Shown here piece by piece: positions 15,922 through 25,295 of a stretch of 30,528 nt of DNA. The position numbers and the translations under genes were made by a program. Numbering within the stretch: position 1 is the first letter of the stretch; each line of letters starts with the position of its first letter. The notes under the pieces were generated by a model, which was not told the origin of the DNA, searched no databases, and worked only from the letters and a program-made list of their open reading frames with translations. This DNA is from Vulcanimicrobiaceae bacterium (lineage in GTDB: Bacteria; Vulcanimicrobiota; Vulcanimicrobiia; Vulcanimicrobiales; Vulcanimicrobiaceae), in NCBI GenBank assembly GCA_050733855.1, contig JBOHTX010000001.1, positions 1 through 30,528 of the forward strand. The letters are read 5' to 3'.

Positions 15922-16900
15922 CCTGATCGAGGCTCACCTCGCACGGACCCTCGAACGGTATCGCGGATCGTCCCCGGTCTACGAGATGATCCGCTACCAC
16001 CTCGGGTACGATATATCGGGCGCCTTGCGCACCGGCAAACGTCTGCGGCCGCAGTTGCTCTTGCGCACCGCGCTCGAAGAAGGCGGTGCGCTCGAGTGCG
16101 CGCTCGATGCGGCCGCCGCGATCGAACTGCTGCACAACTACTCGCTGATTCACGACGATATCGAAGATTCGGACGAGCGACGTCACGGCCGTGCGACCAC
16201 CTGGGCGCGCTTCGGGATCCCGCACGGCATCAATACCGGCGATGCCCTGTGCGCGATCAGCTACCTGACGCTGTTGCACGAGGAGGCGGTCGTGCCGGCT
16301 GGACGCGTCGTCGAGATGCTGGGCGTGCTGCACGAAGCGAATCTGCGGATGTGCGAAGGTCAGGGCCTCGACATCGGGTTCGAGACGAGCGCTGCCGTCA
16401 CCATGGACCAATACCTCGAGATGATCTCGGACAAGACCGGCGCGCTGTTCGCGGCCTCGTCCGAACTGGGCGCGCTCGCCGCCGGCGCCGATGCGCAGCG
16501 AGCCAAAGCGTACGGGCAGCTCGGCCGCGCCTACGGCCGCGCCTTTCAGATTCGCGACGACGAATTGGGCACGTGGGGCTCGGCCGAAGTGACCGGCAAA
16601 CCGTCGGGCGCCGATATCGCGCGCCGCAAGTGGAGCTTTCCGATCGTATGGGCGCTCGGGACCGCGCCGTCGCGCGACCGCGAGATCGTCGCGCACGCGT
16701 ACGACCGGCGCTCGCGGATCGAGCCGACCGGCGTCGGCGAGGTGATCGCGGCCCTCGACCGGCTCGGCGCACGCACCGCCGCCGACGCGGCCCACGATCG
16801 CGCCATCGCCGAGGCCGAAGCGCTCGCGCGGACGGCGCACCTGGATGCGGGGGGCTCGATTCAGCGATTCTTTGCCGAAGGGGCCCGCCGTATTGCGTAG
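15914..16900 (+). CDS. Short-chain polyprenyl (likely GGPP/FPP) diphosphate synthase
   Basis: GKRLRP, HNYSLIHDDIED (FARM with Tyr at -5), RRHGR, GQGLD, KTGAL, FQIRDDELG. The first ATG is 15986, but the open frame and the 8-nt overlap pattern suggest CTG 15914. Confidence 0.88.
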   Translation: MASLIEAHLARTLERYRGSSPVYEMIRYHLGYDISGALRTGKRLRPQLLLRTALEEGGALECALDAAAAIELLHNYSLIHDDIEDSDERRHGRATTWARFGIPHGINTGDALCAISYLTLLHEEAVVPAGRVVEMLGVLHEANLRMCEGQGLDIGFETSAAVTMDQYLEMISDKTGALFAASSELGALAAGADAQRAKAYGQLGRAYGRAFQIRDDELGTWGSAEVTGKPSGADIARRKWSFPIVWALGTAPSRDREIVAHAYDRRSRIEPTGVGEVIAALDRLGARTAADAAHDRAIAEAEALARTAHLDAGGSIQRFFAEGARRIA

Positions 16901-19900
16901 CGCGGCGCTCGCGGGCGAACGCCCGGAGCAGAAGCAAGCGTCGGCGCCGTACGCGCTCTTCGGCGTGCTGGTCGCCGCCTTCGCGGTGCGCATGCTCTTC
17001 GTCGGCGCCGGCGGCTTCGGAAGCGACGTCTCGACCTTCGAGAGCTGGACGCTCACCCTCGCCGATCACGCGCTCCGGGACTTTTACGCGAGCGCTGGTT
17101 TTGCCGACTATCCGCCCGGCTACTTTCTGATCTTGGCGGCAGTCGGCCACCTTTACCGCGAACTCGTCCACGCCGATCCGAGCTACGGCATCCTCAAAAT
17201 CTTCGTCAAGCTGCCCGGGATCGTGGCCGATCTGGCTTGCGCGGGAATCGTGTACGCGCTGGTGGGCCGCTTCGCGTCGCGCCTGTGGGCACTCGGAGCG
17301 GCAGCCTTTTTCGCCTTCGATCCGGCCACGATCTTCATCTCGGCCTACTGGGGCCAAGTCGATTCCGTCGCCGCCGCCTTCGCGCTCGGGGCGCTGCTGC
17401 TGACGGTCGATTCGGCACGGCCGGAAACGGCGCGTGCGACCGGGCTGCTGGCCGCTGCTTGGTTGTTGGTCGCCTATTCGATCCTCATCAAGCCGCCTGC
17501 GATCGTGCTCGTTCCGGTCCTGCTCGCGTTCACGTTCGCGACCGACGACGCCGCGGTCCGTGCGCGACGCCTCTGGGGCACGGGCCTGGGCATCGTCGCC
17601 TCGTTCGTGCTCGCGTACGCGTTGGCGCTGGTCTTCCATGCCGGCGCGAATCCGTTCTTTCAGTACGGCTGGCTTTACGATCGCTACGCGTACGCCTCGA
17701 ACGTCTATGCGTACAACTCGGTCAACGCCTTCAATCTCTACGTGATGGTGATCCATCGCTTCTGGGAACCCGATTCGACGCTGGTTCCGAACCTCGTGAT
17801 CGGCGGGCACACCTACGGCTTGCCGGAGTACGTCTGGGGGATCGGGCTGTTCGTCGCGGCGATCCTGTTGGTCGTCTCGCGGGCCGTGCAGCGCCGCGAT
17901 GCGATCGCACCGCTCGAGGCCGCGATGCTGCTCGGCCTCGCGTACTTTTTGTTGCTGACGCGCATGCACGAACGCTACATCTTCGATGCACTCGCATTCT
18001 GCATTCCGCTGATCTTCTATCGGCGGCGCTACCTGTACGCGGCGATCGTGCTCTCGCTGACCCTGCTCGCGAACCTGTTCTACTCGCTCGACTACCTGCA
18101 CGTGATGGAAGTCCACCTCGAAGGTGCGGGCGTCGATGCGACCAACCTCATGCCGCTCGTGAGCCGGCCGGCGGCCTGGCTCAACGTCGCGACCTTCTTT
18201 TACCTCGGCTACGCCTTTCTCGGCAGCGGCGAGGACGCCCTCGAGAAGTTCAATCCGGCCGAAGCGCTGGCCCGGATCGGCGCTACGGCGCGCGCCTGGT
18301 TCTCGCCGCGCGAGGGGACCGTCGCGATGACGGTGCGCGATTGGTGGGCGGCGTTCGGTTGGAGCGTGCTCTCGTTCTTGATTTGCTGGTACGGCTACGC
18401 CTATCCGGTAACCAAATACTTCGACGAGATCTACTACGCGCGGGCCGGCGAAGAATATCTCAAGCACAAGGATATCTTCGAGTTCACCCATCCGCCGCTC
18501 ACGAAGCTCGTGATCACCGCCTCGATGTGGCTCTTCGGCGGTCTGCACGGAGCCGGCGATACGTCGCAGGGCTGGCGCTTTCTCAACGTCGTGGTCGGGG
18601 CGCTGGTCGTGTTGCTGACCTACGCGTTCGCCAAGCGCCTGCTGGGCTCGAGCGGCTTCGCCTCGGTCGCGGCGGCGCTGATGACCTTCGACGGCTTTCA
18701 CTTCGTGCAGTCGCGGATCGCGACGCCGGAGATCACCGTCTGCCTCACCTGTCTGCTGACGCTGTACGCCGCCTATCGTTTCACGCTCGCCTCGCAGGTG
18801 CGGGTCGCGCCGCTGCTCGAGCGGCGTTCGCTGCAGCGGGTCGCGCTCGCCGCGCTCGGCGGTGCGGTCGTGGCCGCGCTCGGCTCGCTCCTGATCGCGC
18901 GCGGCCAGGATTTCGCGGCGCACGCCGTGACTTTCGTTTACCTCTTTCTCGGGGCGTATGCGCTCGCGCGGCTGCTCGCTCCACGAGCGGACGGGGAGAA
19001 AACCGTCTCCTATGCGGACGGCTCGCGGATCGAACGCGGGACATTCCTCTTGGCCGACGGCGGCACGCTCGGGCTCCGCGGCGGTACGTTGCAAACGGGG
19101 GACGCAACGGTCGCCGATGGCGGCGCGCTCGTGCACCGCGCCGAGGGCCTGCAGGCGCGCTACGCCCGCGACGGCTCACTGCGTTACGCAAGCGACGACG
19201 GCGAGGGCACCTTTACGACCGACGGACGCTTCGCGGTCGACGGACGTGCGGCCGGCGACGGACGGCGCGATTGGATCCTGTGGCTCGTCCTGCTCGGCCT
19301 AGCAGCCGGGACGGCCGGCGCCGCGAAGTGGAACGGGCTCTTCGATTTCATTCTCGTATTCTTCGTCGTGGCGGTCGTCGTCTCGCAGCGCTGGTGGGCG
19401 CCGGTGCTGCGGGCCCTCGGTGTCGCCGGTGCGCGCCGCGCGCCCGCGCTGTGGGGGAATCCCTTCGGGTTTTCGCCCGACCTCGTGGTTGCGGTCGTGC
19501 TCTTTTTGGGCGCTACGGTCTACTGGCTCAGCTATCTCCCGTACTTTGCGCTCGGCCATAGTCTCGCGGACCTGATCGAACTGCAGCGGCAGATGTACAT
19601 CTACCACGCGGTGACCGTGGCGCACGATACCCACCCGTATTCTTCGAAGTGGTGGCAGTGGCCGATCCTCGAGATCCCGATCACCTACTACTACACGGCA
19701 CTTGGCGAGTATGCGAAGACGCACGTCAACAGCGCCTGCTGCGTTTCGGAAATTGTGGCGCTTCCCAACCCGTTGATGTGGTGGACGGGGCTCATCGCGG
19801 TCCCGTTCATGGGCTGGATCGCCTGGCGCGAACGGCACAAGGGCTACGCGCTGCTGTTCATCGCTTACTTCTTCCAGTGGCTCCCCTGGATGATCTCGCC

Positions 19901-20183
19901 GCGGATCGATTTCGAGTACAACTTCATCCCGAATCTGCCGATCATCGTGCTCGCCGACGCCCTGCTCTGCCAGCGTCTGTGGCGCCTGGGCGCCCGGCTC
20001 GGGAGCGGCACGACCAGTTGGCCGCGGGTCGTGGTCGGCGCCTGGCTGATCGCGGTCGTCGGGGCCTTCGTCTTTTGGTACCCGGTGCTGGCCGGGACCC
20101 CGATCACCTACGACGCTTGGAACGCGAGGATGTTGACGGGGCTCGAGGGCAACAACTGGATCAACCCGCATCCCGGTCACTGA
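16893..20183 (+). CDS. Fusion of two GT-C glycosyltransferases: lipid-linked-sugar GT domain plus protein O-mannosyltransferase (PMT) domain
   Basis: N-half: DYPPGY, KLPGIVAD, WGQVDS, MHERY. C-half: YFDEIYYA, THPPLTK, VQSRIA, AAKWNG, HPYSSKWWQWP, NPLMWW. Many TM segments. The TTG start at 16893 overlaps the upstream TAG by 8 nt. Confidence 0.8.
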   Translation: MRSAALAGERPEQKQASAPYALFGVLVAAFAVRMLFVGAGGFGSDVSTFESWTLTLADHALRDFYASAGFADYPPGYFLILAAVGHLYRELVHADPSYGILKIFVKLPGIVADLACAGIVYALVGRFASRLWALGAAAFFAFDPATIFISAYWGQVDSVAAAFALGALLLTVDSARPETARATGLLAAAWLLVAYSILIKPPAIVLVPVLLAFTFATDDAAVRARRLWGTGLGIVASFVLAYALALVFHAGANPFFQYGWLYDRYAYASNVYAYNSVNAFNLYVMVIHRFWEPDSTLVPNLVIGGHTYGLPEYVWGIGLFVAAILLVVSRAVQRRDAIAPLEAAMLLGLAYFLLLTRMHERYIFDALAFCIPLIFYRRRYLYAAIVLSLTLLANLFYSLDYLHVMEVHLEGAGVDATNLMPLVSRPAAWLNVATFFYLGYAFLGSGEDALEKFNPAEALARIGATARAWFSPREGTVAMTVRDWWAAFGWSVLSFLICWYGYAYPVTKYFDEIYYARAGEEYLKHKDIFEFTHPPLTKLVITASMWLFGGLHGAGDTSQGWRFLNVVVGALVVLLTYAFAKRLLGSSGFASVAAALMTFDGFHFVQSRIATPEITVCLTCLLTLYAAYRFTLASQVRVAPLLERRSLQRVALAALGGAVVAALGSLLIARGQDFAAHAVTFVYLFLGAYALARLLAPRADGEKTVSYADGSRIERGTFLLADGGTLGLRGGTLQTGDATVADGGALVHRAEGLQARYARDGSLRYASDDGEGTFTTDGRFAVDGRAAGDGRRDWILWLVLLGLAAGTAGAAKWNGLFDFILVFFVVAVVVSQRWWAPVLRALGVAGARRAPALWGNPFGFSPDLVVAVVLFLGATVYWLSYLPYFALGHSLADLIELQRQMYIYHAVTVAHDTHPYSSKWWQWPILEIPITYYYTALGEYAKTHVNSACCVSEIVALPNPLMWWTGLIAVPFMGWIAWRERHKGYALLFIAYFFQWLPWMISPRIDFEYNFIPNLPIIVLADALLCQRLWRLGARLGSGTTSWPRVVVGAWLIAVVGAFVFWYPVLAGTPITYDAWNARMLTGLEGNNWINPHPGH

Positions 20184-20189
20184 GGCACG

Positions 20190-20948
20190 ATGTCCGGACA
20201 TAGCAAGTGGCACAACATCAAGCTGCGGAAGGGCAAAGCCGACGCGCAGCGCGGTGCGCTCTTTACCAAGCTCTCGAAAGAGATTACGCTTGCGGCCAAG
20301 GGCGGCGTCCCCGATCCGGAAGCCAACTCGCGGCTGAAGCTCGCGATCGAGCGCGCGCGCGAGCACAACATGCCGCACGAGAACGTCAAGCGCGCGATCG
20401 CCCGCGGGAGCGGCGCCGAAGAGGGGCGCGAGATCGAGGAGATCCGTTACGAAGGCTACGGTCCGGCCGGGATCGCGGTGATCGCCGACGCCGCGACCGA
20501 TAACCGCAACCGCACCGCCGCCGACTTGCGCCATCTCTTCTCGCGTCACGGTGGAGCGCTCGGGGAGAGCGGCAGCGTCGGCTGGATGTTCGAGCCGCGC
20601 GGGCTCGTCGAAGTCGATAACGGCGCCTTCGACGAAGACGGCTTGCTCGAAGCGGCGCTCGTCGACGGCGTCGTCGACGTGCGCTTCGACGAGGGCGAGG
20701 CCGAGGGGCGCTCGCTCGTCGTGACCGAAGCCGGCTCGCTTGCGTCCGCGCGCGACGCGCTGGCCGCGGGCGGTTTGCGCGTGCGGGCGGCAGTGCTCGG
20801 CGTGGTGGCGCGGCAGACCGTCGCGCCCGATGCGGAGCACGTGCGCGCGCTCCTCGCCTTTCTCGATGCGCTCGAAGAGCACGAAGACGTCCAGCGGGTG
20901 TACACCAACGCGCAACTCGACCTCGCGCAGCTCGAAGCGCTCGCCTGA
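20190..20948 (+). CDS. yebC: YebC/PmpR/TACO1 family protein
   Basis: MSGHSKWHNIK, YEGYGPAG, TDNRNRT, LEEHEDVQRVYTN. Confidence 0.96.
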   Translation: MSGHSKWHNIKLRKGKADAQRGALFTKLSKEITLAAKGGVPDPEANSRLKLAIERAREHNMPHENVKRAIARGSGAEEGREIEEIRYEGYGPAGIAVIADAATDNRNRTAADLRHLFSRHGGALGESGSVGWMFEPRGLVEVDNGAFDEDGLLEAALVDGVVDVRFDEGEAEGRSLVVTEAGSLASARDALAAGGLRVRAAVLGVVARQTVAPDAEHVRALLAFLDALEEHEDVQRVYTNAQLDLAQLEALA

Positions 20949-20949
20949 C

Positions 20950-22074
20950 GTGCCCGGCGAGGCCGTGCCGGCGACCTCGTGGTTGGCGCGGCAGGACTGG
21001 TTCTTCGCGCTCGCGCTGGCGGCGTTCGTCGGGACCGCGGCCTGGTTCTCGCACGCAATCGTGACGTTCTTCAGTCCGGCGGCGGCAGTTACGGCGACGC
21101 CGGTACTGGTCGGCTTGCCGCTCCCCGACGCGATCCGGGCGGCCGCGCGCGTGAACGTGCAGGCGACCGTCGCCGAGCGCGAGCCGAGCGACCGGGTCCC
21201 CAAGAACGTCGTGATTCGCCAAGATCCGCAAGCCGGGACGAGCGTGCGCGAAGGACGCCGCATTTCGCTCGTCGTCTCGAGCGGGGCGCAGGTGGAAGCG
21301 ATGCCGGACTTGCGCTTCGAGTCGCAGGGCGAGGCCGGCCTTGCCCTTGCCGGCCGGAAACTCGCGCTCGGCAAGACGCGCTTGGTCTCGAGCGACACGG
21401 TCCCGGCGGGCTTCGTGGTCGCGCAGGTCCCGCTCCCGGGAACCTCCGTCCGGGCCGGCACGGTCGTCGAACTCGACCTCGCCGCCGGCGGTTCGGGCGT
21501 GCTGCGGGTCCCGAACGTGACCGGGCTTTCGCTCGACGACGCGCGCGCACGGATCGGTGATGCGCACGTGCTGCTCGGGCAAGTCGTGTGGACGCCGTTC
21601 GGCCGCTTCGGACCGCCGCGCGGGCTCGTCGTCCGTCAGCGACCCGCGCCGGGCAAGGAGATCGACCCGACCCAGACCCTCTCGCTGCAAGTGAGCGCCG
21701 GTCCACGCGAAGCGGGGTACCTCGTGCGGCAGGTCCGCGCGATCGTCACGGTCCCGCAGCCCGATCCCACGGGCGCGGCCGCGAGCGGGACCGGGGCGAA
21801 TGCCGGCGCGCAACCCGAGCCGGTTCGGGTCGTGCTGCGCGACGAGACCGGCAGCCGCGCCGTCTACGAAGGCGACGCCTTGCCGCACGCGCGGCTCGAT
21901 CTGACGGTCACCGCGATCGGGACCGCGGAACTCGACCTCTACGTCAACGGCGAGTTGCTGGGCTCGACCACGCTCGGGGTCGAACCGCCGCTCGAAGAGA
22001 AACAAACCCTTCCACCACCGCGCGCGGGTTCGCACCCGTCCGCCGCCGTCTTGAAGGACCTACGAGGCCCATGA
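20950..22074 (+). CDS. Membrane-anchored PASTA-repeat protein without kinase domain
   Basis: One N-terminal TM segment, then three PASTA-like repeats (TPVLVGLP..VIRQDPQAG; MPDLRFES..VVAQVPLPG; VPNVTGLS..VVRQRPAPG) and a beta-rich tail. The stop overlaps the rpe ATG. Confidence 0.82.
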   Translation: MPGEAVPATSWLARQDWFFALALAAFVGTAAWFSHAIVTFFSPAAAVTATPVLVGLPLPDAIRAAARVNVQATVAEREPSDRVPKNVVIRQDPQAGTSVREGRRISLVVSSGAQVEAMPDLRFESQGEAGLALAGRKLALGKTRLVSSDTVPAGFVVAQVPLPGTSVRAGTVVELDLAAGGSGVLRVPNVTGLSLDDARARIGDAHVLLGQVVWTPFGRFGPPRGLVVRQRPAPGKEIDPTQTLSLQVSAGPREAGYLVRQVRAIVTVPQPDPTGAAASGTGANAGAQPEPVRVVLRDETGSRAVYEGDALPHARLDLTVTAIGTAELDLYVNGELLGSTTLGVEPPLEEKQTLPPPRAGSHPSAAVLKDLRGP

Positions 22075-22739
22075 AGATCGCTCCCTCGCTGCTCTCTGCC
22101 GACTTCGCAACGATTGCCGAGCAGATCGCCATCGTCGAGGCGGCCGGAGCCGACTACCTTCACCTCGACGTGATGGACGGACGCTTCGTTCCCAATCTCA
22201 CCTGGGGACCGAAGATCATCGGCGATCTGCGCAAGCTCTCGCCGCTCCCGTTCGACACCCACCTGATGATCGTCGAGCCCGAACGCTACGTCGAAGACTT
22301 TCGCAAGGCCGGCTGCGACGTCATCACCGTGCACCCCGAGGCAACGATCCATCTGCAACGGTTGCTGGTGTTCATTCGCTCGCTCGGTGCGCGCGCGGGC
22401 GTTGCGATCAACCCTTCGACGCCGGTTGCGATGCTCGAAGACGTGATCGAGGATATGGATCTCTTACTCGTGATGAGCGTGAACCCCGGCTTCGGCGGCC
22501 AGAGCTTCATCCCGAACGCGCTGCGCAAAGTGCGTGAAGCGCGTGCGCTGATCGATGCCCGCAATCCCTCCTGCGAACTCGAGATCGACGGCGGCGTCGG
22601 TCGCGCCAACATCGCCGAGGTCGTGGCGGCCGGGGTCGACGCGATCGTGATGGGTTCGAGCATCTTCGGTGCACGCGAGCCGGGCAAGGAACTGCGGGCT
22701 CTGCGCGCCATCGGCGAACCGCGAGCGCTCGCGCACTGA
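22071..22739 (+). CDS. rpe: Ribulose-phosphate 3-epimerase
   Basis: MKIAPSLLSADF, HLDVMDGRFVPN, DTHLMI, MSVNPGFGGQ, EIDGG. Confidence 0.97.
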   Translation: MKIAPSLLSADFATIAEQIAIVEAAGADYLHLDVMDGRFVPNLTWGPKIIGDLRKLSPLPFDTHLMIVEPERYVEDFRKAGCDVITVHPEATIHLQRLLVFIRSLGARAGVAINPSTPVAMLEDVIEDMDLLLVMSVNPGFGGQSFIPNALRKVREARALIDARNPSCELEIDGGVGRANIAEVVAAGVDAIVMGSSIFGAREPGKELRALRAIGEPRALAH

Positions 22740-23746
22740 AACAAACGGCGCTCGGCGAAGATGAACTGATCGCGGCGCTGGCGGAGGTCGCGCAGGAGTT
22801 GCGGCCGGGACCCCAGCCGCGCCGGATCGTGCTTGGGATCGGCGACGACGCCGCCGCCTGGCGACCGTCGCGCTCGCATCTCTCCGTCATCTCGAGCGAC
22901 GCGCTGGTCGACGGCGTGCACTTTCGCACGCGCGCCATGAGCGGCGGCGAGATCGGCCACCGCGCGATGGCGGCGAACCTCTCGGACGTGGCGGCGATGG
23001 GCGCGCGCCCGGTGCTTGCAACGGTCGCGCTCGGAATCCCCGCCGCAGGCGACGCGCCGCTGGTCGTCGAGGCCTATCGTGCGATGGCGGCGCTGGCGGC
23101 CCGGCACGGCGCGCGCATCGTCGGCGGCGATATCGTCGGGGCGCCGGTGCTGTTCTTGTCGCTGACCGTCGTGGGGGAGGTCTCGCCCTCGCGACTTGCG
23201 CGCCGGGACGGTGGGCGCCCCGGCGACGTGCTCGCCGTAACTGGGCCGCTCGGTGCGAGCCGGGCAGGGCTCGCGTTGCTCGAACGCGACGCGCCGGTCG
23301 GCGAGGCGCTCGCGCGCCGCGCCGCGGAAGCGTTCGCGCGGCCGGAACCGCGGGTCGCTGAAGGACGGTGGCTCGCGGCCTCGCGGAACGTCCGCGCGAT
23401 GGTCGACCTCTCCGACGGGCTTTCGACCGATCTCGGACGGCTGGCCCGTGCGAGCGGTTGCGGAGCCGAGCTGCTCGGCGTACCGATCGATCCGGCCGCC
23501 GAGGCCGTCGCGCGCGCTCTCGGCGACGACCCGCTCGAGTACGCGCTTGACGGCGGCGAAGATTTCGAGTTGCTGGTCGCGGTCGCACGCCGGGCCTTCG
23601 GGCATCTGGCCGAGTGCTTCCGGGCCCATTTCCGAAAACCGCTGCTCGGGATCGGGACGCTGATCGCCGGGAGCGGTGTTCGCCTGCTCGGTGCTGGGGG
23701 CACGAGCCGCCTGCTCGAACCGGGTGGCTTCGAGCACCTGCGCTGA
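22736..23746 (+). CDS. thiL: Thiamine-monophosphate kinase
   Basis: GIGDDAA, DALVDGVHF, NLSDVAAMG, GGD, DLSDGL, GGEDFEL, GFEH. The conserved N-terminal LGEDELI lies upstream of the first canonical start (TTG 22799), implying CTG 22736. Confidence 0.92.
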   Translation: MKQTALGEDELIAALAEVAQELRPGPQPRRIVLGIGDDAAAWRPSRSHLSVISSDALVDGVHFRTRAMSGGEIGHRAMAANLSDVAAMGARPVLATVALGIPAAGDAPLVVEAYRAMAALAARHGARIVGGDIVGAPVLFLSLTVVGEVSPSRLARRDGGRPGDVLAVTGPLGASRAGLALLERDAPVGEALARRAAEAFARPEPRVAEGRWLAASRNVRAMVDLSDGLSTDLGRLARASGCGAELLGVPIDPAAEAVARALGDDPLEYALDGGEDFELLVAVARRAFGHLAECFRAHFRKPLLGIGTLIAGSGVRLLGAGGTSRLLEPGGFEHLR

Positions 23747-23778
23747 GTCGGCTTCCGCCGGCGACGCCGATGCCGCCC

Positions 23779-24129
23779 TCAGCGCGGAGCCTCGACGAGC
23801 GCGCCGCGGTCGCGGTAAAGCGCGACCCCGCAGTCCAGCAGCAAGTCGCGGCTCGCGCCCTGGGCGGCCGGACCGACAACGACGAGCAACGCGTGCGAAC
23901 GCCGCGTCTGCTCGCAGGGATGCGCGGTCGCCGCAATGACCCGGCTCTGGGGAAGCAGTCGGGAGGCAAGGCTCACCGGTGCGCCGAGCACGACCACGGC
24001 CGAGGGCTGGTCGCCGAGGAGCCAGGAAAAGACCTGGGTCCCGTCACGCCGGTCGGCCTGCGCGCCGAGCTGCGCCGCGCTCGGGCTACAGCCGGCGAAC
24101 GGGGCGGCGGTTAGCAGTGCCGCCGCCAC
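23779..24129 (-). CDS. Hypothetical protein, possible lipoprotein
   Basis: Fills the gap downstream of rpmB on the same strand. The hydrophobic N-terminus ends in FAGC (lipobox-like). No family recognised. Confidence 0.4.
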   Translation of the reverse strand: MAAALLTAAPFAGCSPSAAQLGAQADRRDGTQVFSWLLGDQPSAVVVLGAPVSLASRLLPQSRVIAATAHPCEQTRRSHALLVVVGPAAQGASRDLLLDCGVALYRDRGALVEAPR

Positions 24130-24137
24130 GGCAAAGG

Positions 24138-24329
24138 CTAGACGGCGCGCGAGACCTTACGCGAGCGCAGGCACTGGGTGCAGACCTTGAGGGTCTTGTG
24201 GACGCCCCGCTCGTCGACCCGCACCGGCTGCAGGTTGGGCAGCCAGCGGCGGCGCGTCTTATTCATGGCGTGGCTGACGTTGTTGCCCGCCATCGGCCCC
24301 TTCCCGCAGACGTCGCACCGCTTGGCCAT
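24138..24329 (-). CDS. rpmB: 50S ribosomal protein L28 (Zn-ribbon, 4-Cys form)
   Basis: [34 protein letters not shown]...[20 protein letters not shown]. Confidence 0.97.
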   Translation of the reverse strand: MAKRCDVCGKGPMAGNNVSHAMNKTRRRWLPNLQPVRVDERGVHKTLKVCTQCLRSRKVSRAV

Positions 24330-24381
24330 CGAACCGCTCCTCCTCGACCTGCGCCGCTCGATCCCGCGTCGCAACCGTGCG

Positions 24382-24411
24382 AGTCTACCATGCCCGCCCG
24401 AGGTCGCGCAA
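24382..24411 (-). promoter_or_regulatory. sigma70-type promoter of rpmB
   Basis: Minus strand TTGCGC-N18-TAGACT with an extended TG. Confidence 0.55.
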
Positions 24412-24479
24412 CGACGGGTGCGCGCCTGCGCAGGGCGACGAGTGGATGGAGGCGCTTCCGTCCGGCGACCGGCGTGACT

Positions 24480-25220
24480 TCAGCAGCCATTCCCGAACTG
24501 AATGAACGCGAGGCGCCCATGGCGGAACACAAAATTTTCCATTTGCCCACAGGGGCTATGCGCCCAGTGAGTGTTCGACGCCGGCCATGTCGTATACGCC
24601 AGAAGGCGTAGATCCGGGTGGTAGGCGATCGGCTGGAGCGGAGCTTTGCCGTAGATAGCGATGACGGCCGCCGGCGTGATGCCGAAACGAATTCCGCGAA
24701 CGGTGCGAAGCCCGCTGAGGTCTTTCGAAATCACGCGCTTGGGGGGCGGAGGCGCACCGAGGGCCGCCACCACCTCGTCCGCCGCACAGCAGCCTTGCTC
24801 GTACAGTGCGATGCGGTGGACGTAGTCGTACACGACGCGGCCCCTTGGGGGCCCGGCGTCGCCGTGGACAAAGAACGTTCCGTCGAACGGTCCTTCGACG
24901 CCGAGGAATTGTGCGGGCGGCAGCTTTTCGTTCTCGTACACGAAGCCGTCTCGCTTTGCGATGTGCGTCGCCCGTCCGGTTTGCCACGGATCGGCGTCAT
25001 ATTGAAACAGATAGTTTGGTAGCCAGGTGCCGATGGCTTCGCTGCACGCCTTACCGTAACTTTGAACGCATGCCGGGTTCTCCGTCGGCATCGCTTTGGG
25101 CAGAGAACCGGCTGCGAGCGCAGTTTCCAATGACCCAGTGAACCATCCGATCAGCGCGAGGGCAAGGAGTGCGTGGATGTGAGACGTCGGCGACGACCGC
25201 TTGACCCGGCCGGTTTGCAT
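24480..25220 (-). CDS. Hypothetical secreted Cys-containing protein
   Basis: ATG 25220 with GGAGG SD; signal-peptide-like HALLALALIGWFTGSLETALA; six Cys, one of them C-terminal; no family recognised. Confidence 0.65.
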   Translation of the reverse strand: MQTGRVKRSSPTSHIHALLALALIGWFTGSLETALAAGSLPKAMPTENPACVQSYGKACSEAIGTWLPNYLFQYDADPWQTGRATHIAKRDGFVYENEKLPPAQFLGVEGPFDGTFFVHGDAGPPRGRVVYDYVHRIALYEQGCCAADEVVAALGAPPPPKRVISKDLSGLRTVRGIRFGITPAAVIAIYGKAPLQPIAYHPDLRLLAYTTWPASNTHWAHSPCGQMENFVFRHGRLAFIQFGNGC

Positions 25221-25295
25221 ATGGCCATCCTCCGGAAGGACGCGAATTCGACGTCGTTCGCGATCCGCACTTTCGGCGAGGAACTGCACGGCTCG

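Noticed and set aside
24440..24490. C-terminal GC-TGA of the secreted protein as a third Sec site
   Set aside because: No convincing SECIS-like stem follows, read-through would run into the rpmB promoter, and there is no Cys-homolog evidence.
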